Counted from the first letter of the stretch, positions 1-9,582 are shown. The stretch is 64,000 bases of DNA from a bacterium (GCA_030427125.1 JAUHXF010000002.1:12248-76247); one strand, 5' to 3'. Notes: generated by a model from the sequence alone, not told the origin. Made by a program: numbers and translations.

Positions 1-245
1 ATAAACGTCAGCAAACTATTAGCGAATTAGTCAAGAAGTATGAGATGAGCTTTGCTGCTGTAGCAAAGCATGTCAATGTGCTTGAAAAAGCAGGTCTTAT
101 ATCCAAGAGCAAGAAAGGCAAAGAGCAAATAATTACGATAAATGGCAGGAGCTTTGAGGAGGCGAACGAATACCTGCAAAATTATGCCATGTTGTGGAGC
201 GATAGGTTAGACCGTTTAGAACAAGTACTAAATAAGGAGAAGTAG
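1..245 (+). CDS. ArsR/SmtB-family winged-helix regulator, 5'-truncated by the window edge
   Basis: The frame is open from nt 3 (KRQQTISELVKKYEMSFAAVAKHVNVLEKAGLISKSKKGKEQ). This is an HTH plus wing typical of ArsR. An SRPBCC gene follows 1 nt downstream, which is a common pairing. Confidence 0.75.
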   Translation, partial: KRQQTISELVKKYEMSFAAVAKHVNVLEKAGLISKSKKGKEQIITINGRSFEEANEYLQNYAMLWSDRLDRLEQVLNKEK

Positions 246-246
246 A

Positions 247-729
247 ATGAGTAATCAAAATAATGTAAAAGACGTTGTCATATCGAGGACCATAAATAGT
301 CCAATTCAGAAAGTATGGGATATGTGGGTTATACCTGAAAACTTTCAGAAATGGTATGGGCCAGAAGGCGCAAGTATTCCTGTAGCTGATATGGATGTTC
401 GAGTAGGCGGTAAGCGGTTTATTGCTATGGAAATGGATACACCAAACGGACCAATGATGATGTGGTTTACAGGTGAGTATCTTGAAGTAAGTCCAGTCAC
501 AAAACTTTCATATACAGAGGTGATAGCCGATAAAGATGGCAATATGATACCCCCGTCAGCAATGGGCATGCCAGGCGATGAGCCAGATATCACGACAGTC
601 ACAGTTGAGCTAACCGATATGGGTGATACAACGAAAATGGTGATGACGCATGCGGGCGTGCCTGCAGGCTCACCTGGCGAAACTGGCTGGAACATGGCCT
701 TAAATAAGCTTGAAAAAGCACTTAGTTAA
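247..729 (+). CDS. SRPBCC / AHSA1 (activator of Hsp90 ATPase homolog 1-like) domain protein
   Basis: The N-terminus VISRTINSPIQKVWDMWVIPENFQKWYGPEG is typical of the family. An AAGGAG SD lies upstream of the ATG. Confidence 0.8.
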   Translation: MSNQNNVKDVVISRTINSPIQKVWDMWVIPENFQKWYGPEGASIPVADMDVRVGGKRFIAMEMDTPNGPMMMWFTGEYLEVSPVTKLSYTEVIADKDGNMIPPSAMGMPGDEPDITTVTVELTDMGDTTKMVMTHAGVPAGSPGETGWNMALNKLEKALS

Positions 730-828
730 GGTCTATAACCTTGTTTTCTATCTAGTGTAGCCTTTTTGCTATTACGGCTCATGAAGCTAGTTATAGCCCC
801 ACATCATGTTGTTATAATTAGTAATAAC

Positions 829-1248
829 ATGCATGACATAAAGAGCAGAACAACTAATCTGGGGTTGAACCCTGATAATTCAATAGTCATAGGTTCTGGA
901 ATCCTCAATGCTTTGAAGTTGCGAAAAAGCAATGATATTGATGTAGTTGTGTCTGATAGCGAGTACCAAAGATTAGCAGATGATAAGAAATTCAAAAAAG
1001 CTGAAAATCATGGACATGAAATACTGCAAGATGGGCTATTCGAAATTGGTACGTGCTGGGAGGTTCTCGGTAGAGAACAGTTGTTTGAAGACCTCATTAA
1101 ACATTCAATCGTGATGGATGATGTTCGTTATGTATCGATTGAATTTCTACTATCAGTTAAAAGAAGCTGGTTGAAGCAGAATGGAGCTCGTCAAAAAGAT
1201 GTCGATGACATTAAGCTTATCGAGGAATTTTTAGTAAATAGCATCTGA
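829..1248 (+). CDS. Putative nucleotidyltransferase-fold protein (hypothetical)
   Basis: IVIGSGILNALKLRKSNDIDVVVSDSEY resembles the G[SG]...D-x-D minimal NTase motif. The start is ambiguous: TTG 766, ATG 781 or ATG 829. Confidence 0.5.
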   Translation: MHDIKSRTTNLGLNPDNSIVIGSGILNALKLRKSNDIDVVVSDSEYQRLADDKKFKKAENHGHEILQDGLFEIGTCWEVLGREQLFEDLIKHSIVMDDVRYVSIEFLLSVKRSWLKQNGARQKDVDDIKLIEEFLVNSI

Positions 1249-1319
1249 AAGCTCTATAAAACTCTTATCCAAGCACAGTATCTTCCACTCACTTCAACAT
1301 AAACAGAGAATCAGATACG

Positions 1320-3086
1320 TTATTTAATTGAAATATCATCCCAGTGCCAGGTGAAGGTTATGCCGGGGTTGTCTTTGGTTGGTGTGTAGTTGTGGTCTGC
1401 AAAGACTACTCTAACGTTGCCGCTAGGGAACGATCCACTACGGGTGTATTCAAAGAACGATCCATCTTCTTGTTCTATTCCATATGTTAATGTGCCATCA
1501 TTATTGTCTCTAAAGAAGTTTGTTCGTCTTGTTCTGATGCTTTCGAGTGCCGGGTCATCACCGTTGAACCAGCTGTCCGTCCACTTAGCCCAGTGCGCCT
1601 GAGTGTCATTGCCGTTATTGATTGCCATTTCATGGTTGAAGAAGCTTGTACCCACTGAACCGAGATCTCGATGGTTTGAGGTGTCACACGGTAGCCACTC
1701 AATTGCACAAGGTAGATTCTGAAAATTGAACTCATCCTCCGGTATAATTTTTATTTCCGGAAATTGTCTCGTACCAAGGTCTGTAATGTTGACGTCCCAC
1801 CGCACCTCTTCAACATTATTGAAAGATTGTTTAGGTGAAAAAGCTCCTATTGAGTAGCCAGAAGTATCACCAATACTTGTCATGAGGTGTGACGCGGCAT
1901 TATTACCACCAGGTACGCATCTGTAAATCCAGTCATCGTTAAAGTCACTATTTCTATCTCCTCTGGATATTGTTCTTTTTTCTTCTGGAGCAGAACATAG
2001 GTCATTTGGTCCTGTTGATTTGTGGTCACCTAGCCAGCTTGTAAATGCAACCACATTATCGTCACGATGGAATATGTCAAAATCGTAGCGGTCTTTCCAG
2101 TTGCTTTGCGTGAAGTCATCAAAAAAGTCTGCGTTACTTCCACTGCTATTTCCGCCACCACTTGAGCCACCTCCTGTGTTGTCTCCACCTCCGTCAGAAC
2201 CACCACTTGAGCCACCTCCTGTGTTGTCTCCACCTCCGTCAGAACCACCACTTGAGCCACCTCCTGTGTTGTCTCCACCGCTGCCTGAACCAGAGTCTGT
2301 GTTTGTAATATTGACTAGAGTTTTTTCAATTGTTTCATTACCTGAGTCATCTGTCGCTTTGACCTCGATAATTAGCTGCCCATTTGAGAAATCATTCGAA
2401 TTAACATTTAGCGTCCATGAATCAGTCCCATCTGCTACAAGCCATGTATCACTATCACCTAATTTCACGGAAACTTGGAATAAGCTTGTATTATCGTTTG
2501 CTACTCCTTTTACACTGAAGCTGCCTGTTATATCCGCTCCTAGTTCAGGGCTATCTATTGAAATAGTTGGAGGTGTTTTATCCTCAAAACCTGAAACATC
2601 TGTAGGGTAGTCAATGCGTAGCGTATAGGATGCTCCAGTTTCCGTTAAGGGCTCTTCTGACGATACAAAGAAGGTGTAATCGCTAGGTTCAACTAATTCT
2701 CTAATTTTTATTTTTTGGCCTGGACTAGTAGATTTAGTCTTATTAATAACTTCTCCATCTGAATCAAGGAAGGTTAATATGTAACGCACTTTGTCTTCAT
2801 TGTTACTGGTTTGGTCAGTTAGCGTTGCCACTAATTCGCCAGAACCCTCGACTCTTAAAAGGTGCTGTCGACTCGGATTGCTGTCAGTCAATGTGCTTTT
2901 AAATACAGCACGATCTTCCGTTAGTGCTCTATACGCATAAACTGAACCTGCAGCTAGAGTTACTAGCACCAGTGAAACGATAAAAACCATTATTACCGGT
3001 CTTCTGCGATGATGATCTCTAATTTTTTCAGTGAAGTTGTAGCCTACTTGAACATTTTCATCTTTTGACTTTTTGTTCCAGAACAT
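1320..3086 (-). CDS. Membrane-anchored surface protein with an Ig-like region, a Gly/Ser/Asp/Asn tandem-repeat linker and an unknown Cys/Trp-rich C-terminal domain
   Basis: There is an N-terminal TM (VIMVFIVSLVLVTLAAGSVYAY). The repeat (GGDNTGGGSSGGSDG) occurs about 2.8 times. An AAGAGG SD lies upstream of the ATG at 3086. Confidence 0.8.
   Translation of the reverse strand: MFWNKKSKDENVQVGYNFTEKIRDHHRRRPVIMVFIVSLVLVTLAAGSVYAYRALTEDRAVFKSTLTDSNPSRQHLLRVEGSGELVATLTDQTSNNEDKVRYILTFLDSDGEVINKTKSTSPGQKIKIRELVEPSDYTFFVSSEEPLTETGASYTLRIDYPTDVSGFEDKTPPTISIDSPELGADITGSFSVKGVANDNTSLFQVSVKLGDSDTWLVADGTDSWTLNVNSNDFSNGQLIIEVKATDDSGNETIEKTLVNITNTDSGSGSGGDNTGGGSSGGSDGGGDNTGGGSSGGSDGGGDNTGGGSSGGGNSSGSNADFFDDFTQSNWKDRYDFDIFHRDDNVVAFTSWLGDHKSTGPNDLCSAPEEKRTISRGDRNSDFNDDWIYRCVPGGNNAASHLMTSIGDTSGYSIGAFSPKQSFNNVEEVRWDVNITDLGTRQFPEIKIIPEDEFNFQNLPCAIEWLPCDTSNHRDLGSVGTSFFNHEMAINNGNDTQAHWAKWTDSWFNGDDPALESIRTRRTNFFRDNNDGTLTYGIEQEDGSFFEYTRSGSFPSGNVRVVFADHNYTPTKDNPGITFTWHWDDISIK
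2155..2279 (-). repeat. 45-bp coding tandem repeat, about 2.8 copies
   Basis: The unit ccaccacttgagccacctcctgtgttgtctccacctccgtcagaa recurs at 2155, 2200 and 2245. On the - strand it encodes GGDNTGGGSSGGSDG. Confidence 0.9.
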
Positions 3087-3543
3087 ATATTTACCTCTTA
3101 TCCTTATTTGATAATAGCATCTTTTAAAAATGCCTTGTAAACAATATGAAGTCCCAGAAGGAGACTAGAATAATTTCAATAAGCATGAGTTGTTGAATCT
3201 AAAGTGTAATAGATGTTGATTTCACTGAAGCTATGGTCTATATCGTTCTAAGGTGTGATATCCAGCAACTTTTTAATGTGATAAAAATAGCACTATTTTC
3301 GTATCGAATTTTACAGAAACAATACTCATTCATTCGTATCATTCAGTGTATGAAAGGAAATAGCGCATATAGCGCACTCGGTGTTGCGACGATAGCTATC
3401 GTCAGCGCTACCGCAGTGTTTGTCACACTAAACCTTGCCCTAGTAAGCTAATCCTACTAAAGGGATTGACGAGGGTTCTTCTGCTCAAATTTTCTAAAAA
3501 AACGTTATATGTTAATCTCAAGTTGTAAACAAGGATAAGCACA

Positions 3544-4326
3544 ATGAAAAAACATGAACGGAACGGATTTAGTCACGTTGCAATTCTTGCAATCGTCGTC
3601 GTAGTGGCGGTTGTGGGGTTCGCCGGGTGGCGAGTCGCAAATAATAGTGAAGATACATCTCTTTCAATAGATTCGTCTGAAGGTGTAGAAGCTGAAGAAC
3701 AACTGCCAAATAATCTCGAAGGCCTGAAGACACTTGAGGAAATAGAGGCTTCGCTTGCACTTGAAGATGACGTGCAGGTTGGAGAGTATTCCCTTGAGAA
3801 TGACGATGGTGTCGTTATTTATGTATTGAAACTAAGTGATGGTAGAGAGCTAAAAATTAATGCAGCCACTGGTGAAGTTCTTTCAGATGAGCACGACGAT
3901 TCCTCAGATTCAGAAGAAGATGAAGACTCACACTCAGGCTCGGACTCTGATTCAAGTTCTAGCAGAGAAAAGAAAGTCTCAGCACAAATCAGCACCAGCG
4001 AAGCGTATCGTATTGCCGCCTCAAAACATAGCAGTCCGGTAAAAGAGATTGAGCTTGAACGAGAAGATAATAGGGCTACGTACAAAATAGAATATAAAGA
4101 TGGTTCAAAGATTGAAATTGATGCTGTCAATGGCTCAATATTAAAATTAGATATACGCAGCGATTCTCGCTCTGGTTCTTCAAATGATGAGCATGAGAAC
4201 GACGATGAAGATGAGCACGAAGACGAAGACGAGGATGAGGATGAGGATGAAGATGAAGATGAAGACGAGGACGAAGATGAAGACGAGGACGAAGATGAAG
4301 ACGAGGACGAGGACGAGGACGATTAA
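3544..4326 (+). CDS. Membrane-anchored protein with two PepSY-like modules and a poly-acidic (D/E) tail
   Basis: It has an N-terminal TM. The PepSY-like segments are VVIYVLKLSDGRELKINAATGEVL and ATYKIEYKDGSKIEIDAVNGSIL. The last roughly 45 residues are almost pure D/E. An AAGGA SD is present. Confidence 0.75.
   Translation: MKKHERNGFSHVAILAIVVVVAVVGFAGWRVANNSEDTSLSIDSSEGVEAEEQLPNNLEGLKTLEEIEASLALEDDVQVGEYSLENDDGVVIYVLKLSDGRELKINAATGEVLSDEHDDSSDSEEDEDSHSGSDSDSSSSREKKVSAQISTSEAYRIAASKHSSPVKEIELEREDNRATYKIEYKDGSKIEIDAVNGSILKLDIRSDSRSGSSNDEHENDDEDEHEDEDEDEDEDEDEDEDEDEDEDEDEDEDEDEDEDD
4194..4323 (+). repeat. GAN triplet low-complexity tract (coding, D/E run)
   Basis: gaagacgaagacgaggatgaggatgaggatgaagat... 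is a continuous run of GAT/GAC/GAA/GAG codons. Confidence 0.9.
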
Positions 4327-4392
4327 AACATCCTTACCTTTAATTCCATAAAATAATGTACGAGCGTCTCGTACGAACTATATCAGTTGCGG

Positions 4393-4398
4393 TATACT
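4393..4398 (+). promoter_or_regulatory. -10 box TATACT, 9 nt upstream of the metG ATG (leaderless-type)
   Basis: The sequence reads gcggTATACTagtgcacatATG. No SD is possible in the 9-nt gap. Confidence 0.45.
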
Positions 4399-4407
4399 AG
4401 TGCACAT

Positions 4408-5841
4408 ATGAGCAACTATTACGTCACAACTGCTATTCCATATGTTAATGCAACGCCACACATCGGCAACGCGATGGATTTTCTGTATGCCGACATTCTT
4501 GCGCGTTATCACCGCCAGCAAGGAGATGAAGTGTTGTTTGCAACGGGAGCTGACGAGCATGGACTAAAAATCGCAGAACGTGCTGAAAAAGATGGTACCA
4601 CACCACAGCAGTTAGTTGATTCTCTTGCGCCAGCATGGCAAGATTTTTTGAAGAAAGCTGGTATAAGCAATGATTTATTTATACGGACGACAAGTCCAGA
4701 ACATAAAAAGCGTGTTGAGCAAATCTGGAAAAAGCTAAGCGACTATATCTACAAAGACTCATATATAGGTTGGTACTGTGTTGGCTGCGAAGAGTACAAA
4801 ACCGAAACGCACGTAAAAGAGACTGATGGCACGTGTCCGCTCCACAATCGAGCTTATGATGAAATTCAAGAAGAAAACTATTTCCTCAAACTTAGCGCAT
4901 TCAATGATCGTCTGAAAGAAGCTGTTAGTGCTAATATCCTCAAAATCACACCAAGCTCTAGAAAAAACGAGATCATGCACGTATTTGAGCAAGGTCTTGA
5001 GGACCTCAGTATTTCCCGTCCTGCGGAGAAGCTTTCTTGGGGCGTGCCAGTTCCTGGTGATGCAACTCAGACTATGTATGTATGGTTTGATGCGGTCTGT
5101 AACTATATCACCGTTCTTGGGTATCCAGATGACAAGAACTTCAAAGATTTTTGGCCGGCGAATGTGCAGGTTATCGGGAAAGACATACTACGCTTTCATG
5201 CGGCGATATGGCCAGCAATATTGATGGGGCTTGGTCTGCCACTGCAGGATAATTTATATGTGCATGGCCATGTATCATCCGAGGGTAAAAAGATGAGTAA
5301 ATCGCTCGGAAACGTCGTTGATCCTACCGAAGTCATCGATACATATGGGCTTGATGCGTTTCGTTATTACTTTGCGCGCCATATTTCGAGTTACGATGAT
5401 GGAGATTTTTCTTGGGAGAAGTATAAAGAGGTCTATAATGCTGAACTTGCTAATGAGTTGGGCAACGCTGTCTCACGCGTCGCCTCCATGATCAAGAAGT
5501 ACCAAGACGGCGTTATTGGCGACATCCCAGGAGATGAACATGATGATACGCGTTATCACGAGGCGCTTGCAGTGTTTCGATTTGATCATGCGCTCGAGGT
5601 GACATGGGAGCAAATTCGTGGCCTCAATCAGTACATTGAAGATGTGAAGCCGTGGCAAATCGCTAAAGAAGACGACCCAGAGCATTTACAAGAAGTTCTT
5701 GCGACTATGGCCAGCGACCTGCTGGAAATAGCCGAGCTCGTTCAGCCGTTTATGCCCGCAACCGCAGCAAAGATTCAGACAGTATTCGGCGACGGAATGA
5801 TACGCGAACTTGATGGCCCGCTTTTCCCGCGAGCAGAGTAG
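4408..5841 (+). CDS. metG: Methionyl-tRNA synthetase
   Basis: The class I HIGN motif (YVNATPHIGNAMD) and KMSKS (KKMSKSLGN) are present, and the MetRS-like CP domain carries Cys knuckles. The ORF track starts at 4387, but ATG 4408 fits the family N-terminus. Confidence 0.95.
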   Translation: MSNYYVTTAIPYVNATPHIGNAMDFLYADILARYHRQQGDEVLFATGADEHGLKIAERAEKDGTTPQQLVDSLAPAWQDFLKKAGISNDLFIRTTSPEHKKRVEQIWKKLSDYIYKDSYIGWYCVGCEEYKTETHVKETDGTCPLHNRAYDEIQEENYFLKLSAFNDRLKEAVSANILKITPSSRKNEIMHVFEQGLEDLSISRPAEKLSWGVPVPGDATQTMYVWFDAVCNYITVLGYPDDKNFKDFWPANVQVIGKDILRFHAAIWPAILMGLGLPLQDNLYVHGHVSSEGKKMSKSLGNVVDPTEVIDTYGLDAFRYYFARHISSYDDGDFSWEKYKEVYNAELANELGNAVSRVASMIKKYQDGVIGDIPGDEHDDTRYHEALAVFRFDHALEVTWEQIRGLNQYIEDVKPWQIAKEDDPEHLQEVLATMASDLLEIAELVQPFMPATAAKIQTVFGDGMIRELDGPLFPRAE

Positions 5842-5844
5842 TGT

Positions 5845-6639
5845 ATGCAATTTATTGATACGCATTGTCATATTCATGATTCAGAGTTTCTGAAAAAATA
5901 TGATGAATCTCAAGATGAGCTCGTCAACTCTGCGGCTGAGCACGGTGTCACGGAATTAATCTGTGTCGGAACGGACGTAAAGAGCAGCAGAGAGGCAGTA
6001 GTATTCGCCGATACAAGGTCTAATGTTTTCGCATCTGTAGCAGTTCATCCACACGAAGCGAAAGAAATGACGCATGAAGACTGTAATACCGCAGTAGCAG
6101 CGCTAAATAGTCTCCTGATAGATAATCCGTGTATTGTTGCAATAGGAGAGTGCGGGCTAGATTACTACTATCATGAATCACAAGAAGTTCGCAATAGACA
6201 GGAGTACCTATTCAGACTGCATATCGAGCTAGCACTGCAATACCAGCTGCCGCTTATATTTCATATTCGAGAAGCGTTTGATGATTTTTTCCGTATTGTC
6301 GATGAATATGAGGGTGTAACAGGCGTGGTACATAGCTTTTCGGCTAGCCCTGAGGAGTTACAAGGTGTTATTTCGCGTGGACTCTTTGTTGGACTCAATG
6401 GTATAATGACGTTCTCAAAACAGAAATCTCAACTAGAAGCCGCGAAAAACGTGCCTCTCGAGAAGCTCGTGCTAGAAACAGATGCACCATTCTTGACCCC
6501 AGTGCCATTTCGTGGTAAAATATGCAAGCCTGAGCACATAGTGCAGACGGCACAGTTCTTGCGAGAACTACGAGGAGAGAGTCTCGAAGAGCTAGCAGAC
6601 AGCACAACGGCAAATGCCAAAAAGTTGTTTGGAATATAA
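5845..6639 (+). CDS. tatD: TatD-family metal-dependent hydrolase/DNase
   Basis: The FIDTHCHIHD N-terminal His motif, GECGLDYYY and HSFS motifs are present. The gene starts 3 nt after the metG stop. Confidence 0.9.
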   Translation: MQFIDTHCHIHDSEFLKKYDESQDELVNSAAEHGVTELICVGTDVKSSREAVVFADTRSNVFASVAVHPHEAKEMTHEDCNTAVAALNSLLIDNPCIVAIGECGLDYYYHESQEVRNRQEYLFRLHIELALQYQLPLIFHIREAFDDFFRIVDEYEGVTGVVHSFSASPEELQGVISRGLFVGLNGIMTFSKQKSQLEAAKNVPLEKLVLETDAPFLTPVPFRGKICKPEHIVQTAQFLRELRGESLEELADSTTANAKKLFGI

Positions 6640-6651
6640 GGGAGAGTGTAA

Positions 6652-7122
6652 GTGTTGGACGATATTACAAAAGGATTTGAAAATATCATGGGCCTTCGAA
6701 AGAGTGAAGGTTTTACTAATATTGAGGTACAGCCTCAATCCTTTGGTGATATTGTTGAATTCCGAGAGCGAGTTGTAGAGGGTGCTGTAGTATGGGCGAA
6801 TACTGCAGTAAATCGCACGATTGAAGCACAGCCGGAAATTGAAGCGGGTGTCGCTCAATTAGCGGACCATTACGATGTGATTGGACGAATTACAGGTGTT
6901 GAAGTTGATAAGGGTGGACAAGTAGGCGATGCAGAGTCGTTAGAAAAAGTCTTAAAGCAACATGGGCAGTCAGCAAAGGTTCTAAATGATTCACCGCAAA
7001 CTAAAGTTCCAGAACGTGAATTCACTGCGACAGTTGCAGAATTGACTGCACGTGCTAATAGAGCTGCAGACGCCAATCCATCACTAGGTGATCATACCCA
7101 ACGATTACCTGCTGCAGCATAA
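6652..7122 (+). CDS. Hypothetical protein
   Basis: A 156-aa ORF with a GTG start, sitting in a + strand gene train. I recognise no motif. Confidence 0.5.
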   Translation: MLDDITKGFENIMGLRKSEGFTNIEVQPQSFGDIVEFRERVVEGAVVWANTAVNRTIEAQPEIEAGVAQLADHYDVIGRITGVEVDKGGQVGDAESLEKVLKQHGQSAKVLNDSPQTKVPEREFTATVAELTARANRAADANPSLGDHTQRLPAAA

Positions 7123-7131
7123 GAGGTAACA

Positions 7132-7509
7132 ATGAATATCTTTACGCAATTTTTCAGAAATAAAGATCAAAATACTGTAGACCGAGAACGGGTGCTACAC
7201 GATCTTATGAAGCGTGAATCAGAGCTTTCTAAGGATATTTTTGGGAAAGTAAAGCCTGGCAGTACTCGCGAATTCTTCTGTCTCGATATGAATACTTGGG
7301 TTTGGTACGAGTCATGGGTAGATGAGCAAGGTCAAAAGCACGATGTCATGACTCGTTATGTGGTTCGTGAGACTGAAGTCGTCAAATCTCAAAACGGCGG
7401 CGCGTACCATCGTCTAACAGTATCTGAAGCAAAGAATTTTAGAAATGCAGTGAATGCATACCACGCAAAAATAAAGAATAATCTATATACGCGACCGAAA
7501 CCTGCGTAA
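7132..7509 (+). CDS. Hypothetical protein
   Basis: A 125-aa ORF starting 9 nt after the previous stop, with an AGAGGT SD. Confidence 0.55.
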   Translation: MNIFTQFFRNKDQNTVDRERVLHDLMKRESELSKDIFGKVKPGSTREFFCLDMNTWVWYESWVDEQGQKHDVMTRYVVRETEVVKSQNGGAYHRLTVSEAKNFRNAVNAYHAKIKNNLYTRPKPA

Positions 7510-7518
7510 TATAGCAGT

Positions 7519-8655
7519 ATGAATCCTGTTTATCTTGATTATGCAGCAGCAACACCAGTTGATTCTGATGTGCTTGAGGTTATGAAGCCATATTTTAGTG
7601 ACGAATTTTATAATCCATCAGCGCTGTACACCGGAGCACGAGAAGCGAAAGAAGCATTAGAGAACGCAAGACATTCAGTTGCAAAAACAATTGGTGCGCG
7701 GCCAAGCGAGATAGTATTCACCGCTGGCGGAACAGAATCGGCTAATCTCGCTGTGCGTGGTGTGATGGAGCGCTATCCGGAAGCTGAGTGTATTACCTCC
7801 AGCATCGAACACGATGCAGTACGTGCGCCCGCACATCGGTATTCATGCATCGAAGTAGCAGTAGATAAGACTGGTAGAGTTGACCTTGTCTCATTAGAAA
7901 AAAGCATTTCCGACAATACCGTGCTTGTTTCAGTGATGCTTGTAAATAATGAAATCGGCACTGTACAGCCGATTAAAGAAATTGTTGACCTGGTGCATGA
8001 TATCCGTCGTAAACGAAAAATGCGGAAAATTACATTGCCACTTTACGTGCATACAGATGCATGTCAGGCGCCAAATTATCTAGATATTCATGTTGCGCGA
8101 CTAGGCATTGATATGATGACGCTTAATGGTGGTAAAATCTACGGTCCAAAGCAGTCTGGGATCTTATACGTTCGAACAGGCGTTACATTGAACCCACAAA
8201 TTCTAGGCGGTGGTCAGGAATTTGGGGTGAGAAGCGGCACAGAGAATGTCGCGTTTGCTGTTGGTTTTGCGCATGCACTAGAGAATGCAGTACGTAATCG
8301 ATCAGAATTAATGAAAGACACGACTGCATTGCAAAAATATTTCGTTCGCGAGCTCGAAAAGCTTGGCGGTGAACTACAAGGTCACGGGAAGCTTCGTGTA
8401 CCAAATAATATTCTCGTTACTTTTTCGGGCAGTGACAATGAACGGGTGCTCTTTTCTCTTGATGAGCAAGGCGTATGGGCAGCATCAGGCTCAGCGTGTA
8501 GTGCCAGTAATGATGAAGTATCGCATGTTTTAACTGCGCTAGGACTTTCTGATGTTGATGCGCGCAGTTCGATTCGATTTTCTCTCGGTAAGCACACCAC
8601 GAAGGCAGAAATTGATAAAACTATCAAAGCACTAGAAATAGCGCTTAAAGCATGA
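7519..8655 (+). CDS. Cysteine desulfurase (class V aminotransferase, NifS/IscS-like)
   Basis: VYLDYAAATP, the SIEHDAV and HTDACQA motifs, and the C-terminal GSACSA active-site Cys loop are all present. Confidence 0.9.
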   Translation: MNPVYLDYAAATPVDSDVLEVMKPYFSDEFYNPSALYTGAREAKEALENARHSVAKTIGARPSEIVFTAGGTESANLAVRGVMERYPEAECITSSIEHDAVRAPAHRYSCIEVAVDKTGRVDLVSLEKSISDNTVLVSVMLVNNEIGTVQPIKEIVDLVHDIRRKRKMRKITLPLYVHTDACQAPNYLDIHVARLGIDMMTLNGGKIYGPKQSGILYVRTGVTLNPQILGGGQEFGVRSGTENVAFAVGFAHALENAVRNRSELMKDTTALQKYFVRELEKLGGELQGHGKLRVPNNILVTFSGSDNERVLFSLDEQGVWAASGSACSASNDEVSHVLTALGLSDVDARSSIRFSLGKHTTKAEIDKTIKALEIALKA

Positions 8656-8739
8656 CTGGAACTGACATACTTTAGTCAGTTGTGGCTCAAAAGCAAAAGC
8701 GGTATACTATCTCTTGTAAAGGGCACCGTTATATTCCCA

Positions 8740-9582
8740 ATGATTAAAAAAATAAAAACCAGTTTATCGCCAAAACGACTATTGTCGTTGTTTGGCCTAG
8801 TAGCGCTTGCGGTATTTGCGCAGCTTGGTTCTGTTGGAGCGCAAACAGTAACACAAGGTTATTCGAGTGATGAGCCATTACAGCGCGCAACGATAGTTTC
8901 ACTCGTGCAGGATGACCCGCTGAAGGTTGAGGCTGCTTCACTTGATAATATTGAGCGTCTACACGGTGTTGTTGTTGCTCGTAACGACGCCACCTTTGTC
9001 TTGACGGCAGAAGAAGAGCAGACACTTGTGACAACGAACGGTCGTTTTGAGGCTTTTGTTAGCAACGAGAATGGCCCTATTGAACTTGGCGATTTTATTA
9101 CTGTTTCACGAGTAAACGGAATTGGTATGAAGGCGGGAGATATTGAACCCTCCATTATTGGAAAAGCTAATGGCGTTTTTGATGGTGAAACAGATGTGTT
9201 AAGTACAAGTGAAATCGATGTAAACGGGGTTACACAAAAAGTCGCTATCGGGCGGGTCCAGATTGACATTGGAGTGGCAGGAAATCCACTTTTTAGACCT
9301 ACTCAAACAAATGTACCAGGTGTTCTACAGCGATTAGCGGAAAATGTTGCGCAGAAACCAGTTAGCGCTGCTCGGATTTATATTAGCCTTACCGTGTTCT
9401 TTGGAGCATTGATCGTGGCTGGAACATTACTGTATTCTGGCGTGCGATCAAGCGTTATCTCGGTTGGTCGTAACCCGCTTAGTAAGAAATCAATTACAAA
9501 GAGTTTAATTCAGATTATTCTAACCTCAGTTATCATTTTGCTTCTTGGTGTATTTGGCGTATATTTATTACTGAGAATATAA
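8740..9582 (+). CDS. Exported protein with a C-terminal two-helix hairpin resembling ATP synthase subunit c (no carboxylate)
   Basis: It has a signal peptide (LLSLFGLVALAVFAQLGSVGAQ) and an extracytoplasmic domain of about 200 aa. The C-terminus reads TM1-SVGRNPLSKKS-TM2. It lies directly upstream of the b-like gene. The ORF track starts at 8680, but ATG 8740 is the likely start. Confidence 0.7.
   Translation: MIKKIKTSLSPKRLLSLFGLVALAVFAQLGSVGAQTVTQGYSSDEPLQRATIVSLVQDDPLKVEAASLDNIERLHGVVVARNDATFVLTAEEEQTLVTTNGRFEAFVSNENGPIELGDFITVSRVNGIGMKAGDIEPSIIGKANGVFDGETDVLSTSEIDVNGVTQKVAIGRVQIDIGVAGNPLFRPTQTNVPGVLQRLAENVAQKPVSAARIYISLTVFFGALIVAGTLLYSGVRSSVISVGRNPLSKKSITKSLIQIILTSVIILLLGVFGVYLLLRI

Noticed and set aside
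345-695. A 116-aa - strand ORF inside the SRPBCC gene.
   Set aside because: It lies entirely within a well-supported + strand gene and has no independent signals. It is a typical shadow ORF.
2101-2610. A 169-aa + strand ORF encoding a proline-rich repeat (PPPLEPPPVLSPPPSEPP...).
   Set aside because: It is the antisense shadow of the Gly/Ser-rich 45-bp repeat in the 1320-3086 - strand gene. The - strand gene has a TM anchor, an SD and a long coherent ORF.
3233-3451. A 72-aa ORF in the 456-bp divergent intergenic region.
   Set aside because: It has no SD and an AT-rich, low-complexity N-terminal part. Only the last roughly 33 aa (MKGNSAYSALGVATIAIVSATAVFVTLNLALVS) look like a possible small membrane peptide. 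Evidence is insufficient to call it.
4194-4323. A highly repetitive GAN tract, considered along with the 45-bp repeats at 2155-2279 as a possible CRISPR array or noncoding satellite.
   Set aside because: Both are in frame within long ORFs. They have no spacer-repeat organisation, and no cas genes are present in the window.
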